Source: Anaerolineae bacterium
GTDB lineage: Bacteria > Chloroflexota > Anaerolineae > Anaerolineales > Villigracilaceae
NCBI GenBank assembly: GCA_030123675.1
Contig: JASJYH010000004.1
Span: 184 to 64,183 of the forward strand
Length of the DNA stretch: 64,000 nt
Reading direction: 5' to 3'
Part shown: piece after piece, positions 29,707-37,812 of the stretch
Layout of the letters: the number at the start of each line of letters is the position of its first letter
Numbering within the stretch: the first letter of the stretch is position 1
Notes under the pieces: generated by a model
The model's input: the letters and a program-made list of their open reading frames with translations, nothing else
Told to the model about the DNA's origin: nothing
The model's database searches: none
Made by a program: the position numbers and the translations under genes

Positions 29707-31377
29707 TTATTTTAAAAGCGCACGTACTTCCCCTAGAAATTCATCATTCAAGAACTCCCCTTTTTGCATTAGTGTTTGAATTTGGCCTTTTAGTCTATTT
29801 TTTTCATTGGGTGTTAGTTCCTTGGCTGATGCAACAATGACTGGAATATTTGCAGTGTCTTGATTACGTTTAAGAATTTCAATTACCTCGAAGCCGTCCA
29901 TCTCAGGCATCACAAGATCTAAAATGATCAGATCAGGTTTTTCTTTTTCGATCATAGCAAGTAATTCTTTACCATCCCCAGCTTCAAAAATTGTAAATTC
30001 TCCCTGAGATTGAAGGATTCGACGTATCAGGCGGCGTGATTCAAGACTATCATCAGCGATTGCAATTCGTGGAAATCGTTCCGGTGCAACCCGATTGAGT
30101 GCAGCGAGAAGGCCATCTTGTTGAGGAGTTTCCTCATAACTTGGCAATTCGATATCACGTGACCAATCATCACCAAGCAACCATTGCTCAGCTGGCATTG
30201 TGTGTCCGGTACAATTTATTACTACTGTATCGGTTGATTTGATGACGCCATTTCGAATTAATTTGAACAAGCCAGCGAATGCAACTCCTGCGGCTGGTTC
30301 GAATGAGAGACCCTCCATTTTTGCAATTATATGCATTGCTCGGAAGGCCTCTTCATCACTTACGCTTTCAAAGCAACCACCAGTTTTATCTATACTCTGT
30401 TTGAGTAATATGTAGGTTCGACCAGGGTCACCTGTTGCAAGTGTCTCAATGTGGGTTTGTGGGTGCATTACCGTCAAAGGTTCGTCTAATCCCTTCTTCC
30501 AACTTTCAACCATTGGTGCACACCCATCTGTTTGGATAATCGCAATTGAAGGCAGTTTATCTACCACCCCCATTTCCTTTAATTCCCTGAACCCCTTTGT
30601 GACCCCCAAGGGTCCCATACCACCACTAACTGCTTGAACGTACCAATCAGGACTTCGCCATTTTAAGGATTTGTGAATATTATCCGTTTTGGGGCTCAAC
30701 ATTCTTGTGAGCTGTTCAGCAATCTCAAATGAGATAGTTTTCATTGCTTCGACAGATGATATTGTCCTAGTACCCATGTCTAGGGTAAGATTTCTTTGTC
30801 GGGCAAATTCAGAAGCCATTTTCTTGGTTTGGTCATATGTTCCAGTTACTTTAACGACTTGACTGCCATATAATGCAATCTCATGCATTTTGACTGCGGG
30901 GACGAGACTAGTTAGAAATGCCCAAAGTTTAATTCCCGCTCGGGCAGCATAAGCTGAATAGGATATAGCCACATTCCCCGTAGAAGCCGCGACCAGCTCA
31001 GTGATACCAGCTTCTTTCAATGCCGAAATAGTAACCGCCGCTTGGCGATCTTTAAATGATGATGTCGGTCCTTGGCGCTCGTCCTTAATGAAAATGTTTG
31101 GGCACCCTACCATCATGCCAAGATTTTCAGCCTTAATTAAGGGTGTCCCACCTTCGCCCAAACTAATTAATGGATCTGGATTTTTAATGGGTAACAATTC
31201 GTGATAACGCCAAAGGTCGAATTGCCGATTTTTTAATTGCTTCCCCCATATCTCTGCCACATTACTTAAATCATATTCGGCAATCATCCATTCACTTTTG
31301 CAATTTTCGCAATTTGTGGATGTTGGGTGATAAGCAGAAATACCATTACAATCGAGGCATCTTATTTTAAATGACAT
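29707..31377 (-). CDS. Threonine-synthase-like fold-type II PLP enzyme fused to a C-terminal response-regulator receiver domain
   Basis: 556 aa. N-terminal zinc ribbon (CLDCNG...CENCKS), LGEGGTPL, PLP-lysine motif TSSFKDRQ and ASTGN. The C-terminal ~120 aa form a receiver (IAIADDS, LIILDLVMPEMDG, VIVASAK). Confidence 0.8.
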   Translation of the reverse strand: MSFKIRCLDCNGISAYHPTSTNCENCKSEWMIAEYDLSNVAEIWGKQLKNRQFDLWRYHELLPIKNPDPLISLGEGGTPLIKAENLGMMVGCPNIFIKDERQGPTSSFKDRQAAVTISALKEAGITELVAASTGNVAISYSAYAARAGIKLWAFLTSLVPAVKMHEIALYGSQVVKVTGTYDQTKKMASEFARQRNLTLDMGTRTISSVEAMKTISFEIAEQLTRMLSPKTDNIHKSLKWRSPDWYVQAVSGGMGPLGVTKGFRELKEMGVVDKLPSIAIIQTDGCAPMVESWKKGLDEPLTVMHPQTHIETLATGDPGRTYILLKQSIDKTGGCFESVSDEEAFRAMHIIAKMEGLSFEPAAGVAFAGLFKLIRNGVIKSTDTVVINCTGHTMPAEQWLLGDDWSRDIELPSYEETPQQDGLLAALNRVAPERFPRIAIADDSLESRRLIRRILQSQGEFTIFEAGDGKELLAMIEKEKPDLIILDLVMPEMDGFEVIEILKRNQDTANIPVIVASAKELTPNEKNRLKGQIQTLMQKGEFLNDEFLGEVRALLK

Positions 31378-31389
31378 ACCAGAGATGTA

Positions 31390-34300
31390 TTAATTGGGAT
31401 CGACGCTTACGCGATTTAGGGCATTTTCTATACTATTTATTAAATCTTTCTCTTTAAGTGAACTTTTTTGAAGCAATCGATTGCCTAAATTGTCTACCTG
31501 TTTTTGTTCCTCTGCGGAGAGGTCTGCTCCGGTGATAATTATAACCGGCAAGTCTTTTAATTTTTCATCTTTTCGTAAGTTTTCAAGTATATTAAAACCA
31601 TTCATCTCTGGCATAAAGAGGTCCAATATAACCGCATGGGGTGGGTTGGAGGATAAAGAATTCCAACCAGCAGGCCCACCCTCAGCTAAGATCGGTTTAT
31701 ATTTCCCTTGCTCGGAGAGCATTTTCCCTAACAAACGCAAGTCATTTGGGTTATCGTCAATTATTAGGACTTCTCGAATACTTCCATCACCGTTTAAGCG
31801 GTCAAGAGAACTTACCAGGTCATCTTCAAGGACAGGTTTTACTAAATAGTCGGTTGCACCCAGGTTATATCCTTTATCTTCATCTTCTACAATGCTGCAA
31901 ATTATGACAGGGATGTCTCGAGTTTCGGCCGAAGATTTAAGGTTTGACAAGATTTGCCATCCATCGTAATCTGGCATCATAATATCCAATGTTATCGCAA
32001 AAGGATTTAGGTCTTTCACTTGTTCCGTTACTTTAGAAGGGTCTTTCAAACCAATAACCTTATATCCTTTTGGTTCTAGATACCGTTTATACATGCTGAT
32101 AACTTTAGGGTCATCATCAATCGCAAGAATTAATCGCCCATCTTCAGGTCTAGTGGATTCAATTTTGGTTTGAGAAATAGGTATCGAGAAATAAAATGTA
32201 CTGCCCTTTCCTAATGAGCTATGGACACCGATTTGACCCCCGTGCATTTCGATTAAGTGGTTACAAATTGAAAGCCCAAGACCTGTACCTCCTGCTTTTC
32301 TAGTAAACGAATCGTCTACTTGGGAGAAAGGCTTAAAAAGTTTATCATGATCTTTTTTTGCAATACCTTCCCCGGTATCCGAAACGCTTACCAACACTAA
32401 GGGTTCTTTGCCGGCACCTTCTTCAATTGTAACTTTAACGGTGATTTCACCTTCTTCTGTAAACTTAGCTGCATTTGAAAGGAAGTTGATCAAAACTTGA
32501 CGTATCCGCATTGCGTCCGCGCGAACGATAAGGGGTTTTTCTGGGATGTCCCGTTTAAGCTCTATTGGTTTATCCTTTATCAAACCAGCTGCAGTGGACA
32601 TCACACTGATAATCAATTCGTTGATATTTACATCTTCGAAAGTAAGTTCCATTTTCCCCGCATCAATTCGCGAGAGATCAAGAATATCATTGATGAGACC
32701 TAATAAATGTTGACCAGAGTTGAAAATTGCTGTCAGATCTTGCTGTTGTAATTCGGTAATAGGTCCATCGATTCCCTTGAGAATTACACGTGCAAAACCA
32801 ATGATCGAATTCAATGGAGTGCGCAATTCATGACTCATATTAGCCAGAAATTGACTTTTCAAGCGGTCTACCTCGCGCATTTCCTCTACCGCTTGTTGCG
32901 CGATATTATAGGATCTCGCATTATCGATTCCAACCGCAATTTGGTCTGCTAAAAGTTGTAAAATGGCAATATTATCATCGGTGAAGGCGTTAATTTCTGT
33001 CGAGTGAATATCAATGGTGCCGATAACGCGTTTACCACTTTTTAGCGGGATGGCTGCTTCAGATCGAGTTTCCGATAAAAGGGGGGAAGGATTAACAATA
33101 GATTCAAGGGCTGTATTGTTGTTAATTACTGTTTCGCCACTGGCACTTGATTTACCAACCAAGGATTTTGAATCAATAGCGATTGAATGTTTTTGTTGTT
33201 TTAATTTTTCGCCTACTTCACCAGTAGATTCTTTCAAAACTGCATTAAATCCAGACTCATCAATGATGAAAATTGAGGTGTGATAAAACCCAAATCGCTC
33301 TACAATAAGATTTACTGATCGGTCGTAGATTACGTTCAAATCCAATGTAGAGGTAACTAAGGTTCCGATCTCCCCAGAAGCTGCTAAATATTCATTCCTT
33401 CTATTGAGAGCTTCCTCAGCCTCTTTTCGGACGGTAATATCACTGTGAATGGCCAAAAACCCGAGAATGTTATCGTTTGCATCTAAGATAGGGCTATTTG
33501 TCCCATCTATTGGAATTAGTTTGCCATCTTTTCTTTTATTGATTATTTCCCAGGAAACCGTCTCCTTATTCAGCAGGGTATCCCAAAATATTTTAAATTC
33601 CTCTTTTGGAACCTGCCCTGATTTAATAATCCGTGGATTTTTCCCAAGCACCTCTTCTACGGAATAACCATACACTGTTTTAAAACTAGGATTTGCATAA
33701 ACAATATTTCCTTGAATATCGGTCATGAACACTGCGTCTGCAGAGCGTTCCAATCCCAATCGAAATTTACGACTTTCATCAAATAATTGTGCGTTTTCAA
33801 TTGTAAAACCTAATTGGTTTGCAATAGCTTGTGCTAATGATAATTCTTCTTTTGTTAAGCCAACGGTGGAGTTTCGATAAAGACTAAGGGTCCCAAGTGT
33901 TTTCCCCTTTACAATTAAAGGAACACCATAGAAGCCATAGAGACCAGCTTTAATTTCAGATTTCACATCACAAGGGGCGCCCTTTCGCAAATCATTTATG
34001 GCTAAACTTTCACCGGTGTTGTACACAATTCCACTTAGAGATTTTTCAAGCATCTTCTCTAAATCGTCAGTACCCTTACCTGGCATTCCAATCCGTTCAG
34101 CAAGCTCTAATTTCGCTCTAGCTTCATTAAAAATAGAAATTAATCCGCCTTCAAATTTAAGAACTTCGAGGACTTTCTTTAATACGATGGAAAGAATTTC
34201 TTTAATGTCTATTGATTGGTTTGCAGCAGCCAAAACGGCATTTAAGGCGGCTTGTTCTTCAGCACTCCTTTGGGTTTCTTGAAACAAGCGTGCATTTTCT

Positions 34301-34659
34301 AGCGCTTGAGAAAGTTGATCAGCTACTTGTTTGATGAGTAATTGTTCTTCTGTCCCCCATTTACGTTCCTCTAATTCATCAATTACTTTCAGCGTTGCCC
34401 AGCTATTTTCATCTGTGCGAAATGCAGTCGAGAGCATTGCCGAAGATGATTTGCGATTCCCAGCTGGGATCGTTGAAGTTTCTTTAAGGATTGAAAGATC
34501 CCTTGTGCCAAAATTGGTCGGCTGTTCTTTAACTGTGAGTTTAGAACTTTGAGGCGGTTTGGTTCCATTCTTTTTTGACCGCTTTGATTTCGCTTCAGGT
34601 TCTTTATCGAAATCGCCAAATAACTTATCAAGCCTGTTGTTTAATTTCTTCTTTGACAT
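31390..34659 (-). CDS. Hybrid sensor histidine kinase: GAF-PAS-GAF-HisKA-HATPase_c-REC-REC
   Basis: 1089 aa. PAS (DAVFMTDIQGNIVYANPSFKTVYGYS), H-box ANMSHELRTPLN, G-box GGTGLGLSIC, and two receivers (LAIDDDP...LDIMMPDYDG; LIIDDNP...LDLFMPEMNG). AGGAG sits 10 nt before the ATG. The start overlaps the 3' end of parA by 32 nt. Confidence 0.85.
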   Translation of the reverse strand: MSKKKLNNRLDKLFGDFDKEPEAKSKRSKKNGTKPPQSSKLTVKEQPTNFGTRDLSILKETSTIPAGNRKSSSAMLSTAFRTDENSWATLKVIDELEERKWGTEEQLLIKQVADQLSQALENARLFQETQRSAEEQAALNAVLAAANQSIDIKEILSIVLKKVLEVLKFEGGLISIFNEARAKLELAERIGMPGKGTDDLEKMLEKSLSGIVYNTGESLAINDLRKGAPCDVKSEIKAGLYGFYGVPLIVKGKTLGTLSLYRNSTVGLTKEELSLAQAIANQLGFTIENAQLFDESRKFRLGLERSADAVFMTDIQGNIVYANPSFKTVYGYSVEEVLGKNPRIIKSGQVPKEEFKIFWDTLLNKETVSWEIINKRKDGKLIPIDGTNSPILDANDNILGFLAIHSDITVRKEAEEALNRRNEYLAASGEIGTLVTSTLDLNVIYDRSVNLIVERFGFYHTSIFIIDESGFNAVLKESTGEVGEKLKQQKHSIAIDSKSLVGKSSASGETVINNNTALESIVNPSPLLSETRSEAAIPLKSGKRVIGTIDIHSTEINAFTDDNIAILQLLADQIAVGIDNARSYNIAQQAVEEMREVDRLKSQFLANMSHELRTPLNSIIGFARVILKGIDGPITELQQQDLTAIFNSGQHLLGLINDILDLSRIDAGKMELTFEDVNINELIISVMSTAAGLIKDKPIELKRDIPEKPLIVRADAMRIRQVLINFLSNAAKFTEEGEITVKVTIEEGAGKEPLVLVSVSDTGEGIAKKDHDKLFKPFSQVDDSFTRKAGGTGLGLSICNHLIEMHGGQIGVHSSLGKGSTFYFSIPISQTKIESTRPEDGRLILAIDDDPKVISMYKRYLEPKGYKVIGLKDPSKVTEQVKDLNPFAITLDIMMPDYDGWQILSNLKSSAETRDIPVIICSIVEDEDKGYNLGATDYLVKPVLEDDLVSSLDRLNGDGSIREVLIIDDNPNDLRLLGKMLSEQGKYKPILAEGGPAGWNSLSSNPPHAVILDLFMPEMNGFNILENLRKDEKLKDLPVIIITGADLSAEEQKQVDNLGNRLLQKSSLKEKDLINSIENALNRVSVDPN

Positions 34660-35413
34660 ATTCTATTAACTCCTGAGCCAGTAAGCGATATTGTTGAGAG
34701 CCGCGGGTACTCGATTTATATTGTGTAATTGGCATTCCTGCGATTGGGCTTTCACGCAGCTTGGTGTCGATTTCTATGACCGTATTAAAAAGGCCTTTGC
34801 CAAAGGTGGATTTCAATTGTTCTTCAATATTGCGATGTGTACGGTTTCGCCGATCTAACATTGTTATAAGTATTCGATATGCTAGATCTGGATTGGTATC
34901 ATCTCTCAAGCGCTTTATTAACCCCATCATATTTCGGAGGGCATAGGCAGAGAAAAATTCAGCTTGCGTAGGAATAATTAATAGGTCGGCTGCTCCTAAC
35001 GCATTTTGAGTTATTGCACCAAGAAAGGGAGGGCAATCGAAAATCAAATAGTCATATGGTAATGGTGCTGCATTTTCAATTGCCTCACGCAAAATTCGGG
35101 TATAGTTTGTGCGAATTGGGAGGTATTGTTCGGCACTCTCGATGTTAGGATGCGCAGGAATAATATCAATTTCTTCGATATCTGTTGATTGCTTAGCGCT
35201 CATTAATGATGCTGCTTCTATAAGGATATTACTTGAAGAAATAGACACCTCATTTATTTCTAACCCTGCGGCCAGGGTTAAGTTTGCTTGTGGGTCTAAA
35301 TCTATCAGTAAAATTTTATTTCCTGCCTCTGCTAAGCCTGCGCCTAGTGACATGGTCGTTGTTGTCTTGGCTACGCCTCCCTTTTCATTTGAAACTGCAA
35401 TTGTATAGGTCAT
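34628..35413 (-). CDS. Orphan ParA/MinD-family ATPase (deviant Walker A)
   Basis: 261 aa. AVSNEKGGVAKTTT deviant Walker A and LLIDLDPQANLT. No ParB-like gene is adjacent. Its ATG overlaps the upstream TAA by 1 nt (TAATG). Confidence 0.85.
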   Translation of the reverse strand: MTYTIAVSNEKGGVAKTTTTMSLGAGLAEAGNKILLIDLDPQANLTLAAGLEINEVSISSSNILIEAASLMSAKQSTDIEEIDIIPAHPNIESAEQYLPIRTNYTRILREAIENAAPLPYDYLIFDCPPFLGAITQNALGAADLLIIPTQAEFFSAYALRNMMGLIKRLRDDTNPDLAYRILITMLDRRNRTHRNIEEQLKSTFGKGLFNTVIEIDTKLRESPIAGMPITQYKSSTRGSQQYRLLAQELIEYVKEEIKQQA

Positions 35414-37734
35414 TACTTCTCTCCTACGCTTTTTATGGTTTGGGGAGCATTGTTATTATCTGGATTGGGTGTCCTATCTTTAGACATAGGCGGACTTTCT
35501 GGCCCTTGAAGGACATGGGGTATCAATTGAACATGGGTTGCACCCAATGCAATTTTTAATTCTTCAATGGCAGTTTGGATAATTTTATCGGGATCATTTG
35601 TGCTGCGAATTTTACCGGAGATGTCTGATACTAAGCGTTCACGTTCAGCACGTCTTGTTATTTCTTCAAATAGGCGTGCGTTTTCTGCCGAAAGAGCTAC
35701 ACGTTCTGCAACCGCATTTACCAACTCCATTTGGTCTTCCCCGAGATCGTAATTTTCAGGAACTTGAACAGTCAATGTTCCAATTGGTTCACCACGAATT
35801 TTAATAGGGACTGATACACGTTTCGTCTCATTATTGCTATCGCTTTGGCCTCCATCTGACAATATTGCATCTATATTGTCAGATGATTCCAATGGAGTGG
35901 CACCGCGAGCATCGTAACGATAGCCTGCAAGGTCTTGTTCCCTTGATAGCTTGCTCCATGCCTGGCGAATGTACTGTCTATATAATGTTTCAGATTCTGC
36001 TAGGGATCTGCGTGTTTGATCAAAAAGACGTGCGTTTTCGATTGCTAAGCTTACTTGATCTGCCAATAGAGTTAGCACATTGATATCCTCATCATTAAAT
36101 GCAGCTTCTACTGTACTTTGAACATCCAATGCACCGATAATTTGGTCTCCAAATTTTAATGGAAGGGCCATTTCTGATCGCGTATCCGGCAATTCTGGAT
36201 TGTCGAAGAACACGGCATCCTCACCAACGTCTAGGGCTATGCGGGGTCTTCCAAGCGCGATGGAATATCCTACTATACCTTGCTCACCGATTTTGAGTTG
36301 ATGCCCACGTTCCAACATTTTTTTACCACCCTCACTATTGGCCGCACTTAGAACTGCATACTCATCAGTAGAATTGTTAAGGAAAATACCTACCTGGTAA
36401 TAACCAAATTGTTGGCTGATCACTTCAGTAATTTTGGGCAATACGTTCTCAATGGAGCGGACAGAAGTAATTGCGCTACCAACCAGGGTAATTGCTTTGA
36501 GCTGATTTGCACGTTGTTCAATCTGCTCATTTGCTTTTTCTAATTCAATAGTACGTTCTGATACCCTGTCTTCCAAACCGCTAAATAGCTCTTGTATTTG
36601 ATCAGCCATAGTATTGAAAGAATTTGCGAGGCTGACCAACTCAATACCACCAGTGATTTGCACTGATTGGTTTAAATCACCTTGCCCTAGCTTTTGAGCT
36701 GTATCTCTGAGCTGGTTCAACGGCCCAATGATGCGCCGCGTTAACACGAATGCGGCCAATGATCCTACTCCTAGGGCCACCAAAGATATTATTATCAAAG
36801 CCAATCTACCATTTCCACTGACAGATTGCAGTTGGAAACCTACCCGATTAAGAGCTTCAGTGCTTTCTTGGCGGATGTGGTTTGTGGTTTTGTTAATCTT
36901 TAGTAATTCTTCTCTTAAAATAATTGTGTTGGCTTCAATATTTGCGTCTAGCACTGCCAAGCCTGTTAGATTGTTTCGAATTACCTTGATAGATTCGACC
37001 AAATTTGAGGCAGGTATTGGTATTGTATTTGCCATCAAATCATCCTCCGAACTGTTTTGTACCAGTTCACCAAAATCTATGGTTAATAATTGAAGGTTGT
37101 CATAATATTGGCTCTGGCCTGTGTTTAAGAATGATTGTGAATCAGCCTGAATTTTCAAAACAAGTTGATATAGCTCAGGATTATCAAGAGGGAGAACAGA
37201 GTGTTCAAGTTCGTTAAGCGTTGTTTTTAATGTGATCTCTGGACCATCAGGAGCACTGCGCTTTTCAATATCAGTAACAATAGCTTGAAAGGCAGTTTCA
37301 TAGGCGTCTACCGAAAGACCCAGGCCTGCGGTTTCAGATAGAATATGTTCTATTTCTGGATTGTCGGATCTTTGAATAAAATCGTCTAATTCCCTTAGCG
37401 AACTGCGGGCTAACCCAAGGTGCGATTCAAAAGGAATGAGATAATCTGTTTGAACTCTCTCGAATCCAAGAGTGCGCCATGCAGACAGGAAATTTGTTTG
37501 ATCATGGCGGGCCAGCATGAACTCAGGTTCGATTTCGTGATTCAAGACACTAATATTTTTGGCTTCTTCCAGAGGAATACTTACATTGGTGCTCAAGGTC
37601 TGCAAGCTAAAATAACCGACCCCTGCAATAATTAGGGCCAAACCAAGAATGACCCCGAACATCAATCCGAGTTGGGATCTAATTGAGCCAGTTACACGGT
37701 TAGGATTTGATGAAGTTCTTGAAGATAATGTCAT
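35413..37734 (-). CDS. Receptor-like paralog 1: TM, ~265-aa extracytoplasmic helical domain, TM, HAMP, S-helix, GAF, conserved C-terminal module. No recognisable output domain.
   Basis: 773 aa. HAMP (IIGPLNQLRDTAQKLGQGDL...), S-helix LEDRVSERTIEL, GAF core FGYYQVGIFL...FDNPELPDTRSEMALPL...IGALDVQS...LADQVSLAIENARLF, and tail ...AERVALSAENARLFEE..RRAERE..ISGKIRS....IIQTAIEEL. Confidence 0.85.
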   Translation of the reverse strand: MTLSSRTSSNPNRVTGSIRSQLGLMFGVILGLALIIAGVGYFSLQTLSTNVSIPLEEAKNISVLNHEIEPEFMLARHDQTNFLSAWRTLGFERVQTDYLIPFESHLGLARSSLRELDDFIQRSDNPEIEHILSETAGLGLSVDAYETAFQAIVTDIEKRSAPDGPEITLKTTLNELEHSVLPLDNPELYQLVLKIQADSQSFLNTGQSQYYDNLQLLTIDFGELVQNSSEDDLMANTIPIPASNLVESIKVIRNNLTGLAVLDANIEANTIILREELLKINKTTNHIRQESTEALNRVGFQLQSVSGNGRLALIIISLVALGVGSLAAFVLTRRIIGPLNQLRDTAQKLGQGDLNQSVQITGGIELVSLANSFNTMADQIQELFSGLEDRVSERTIELEKANEQIEQRANQLKAITLVGSAITSVRSIENVLPKITEVISQQFGYYQVGIFLNNSTDEYAVLSAANSEGGKKMLERGHQLKIGEQGIVGYSIALGRPRIALDVGEDAVFFDNPELPDTRSEMALPLKFGDQIIGALDVQSTVEAAFNDEDINVLTLLADQVSLAIENARLFDQTRRSLAESETLYRQYIRQAWSKLSREQDLAGYRYDARGATPLESSDNIDAILSDGGQSDSNNETKRVSVPIKIRGEPIGTLTVQVPENYDLGEDQMELVNAVAERVALSAENARLFEEITRRAERERLVSDISGKIRSTNDPDKIIQTAIEELKIALGATHVQLIPHVLQGPESPPMSKDRTPNPDNNNAPQTIKSVGEK

Positions 37735-37812
37735 AGTTTTTGCTTCCCGATACCTATTTAGAGGTATCTAGAGATTTCATTGCATAATAGAAACGCAATA
37801 TATTGAATCTTA

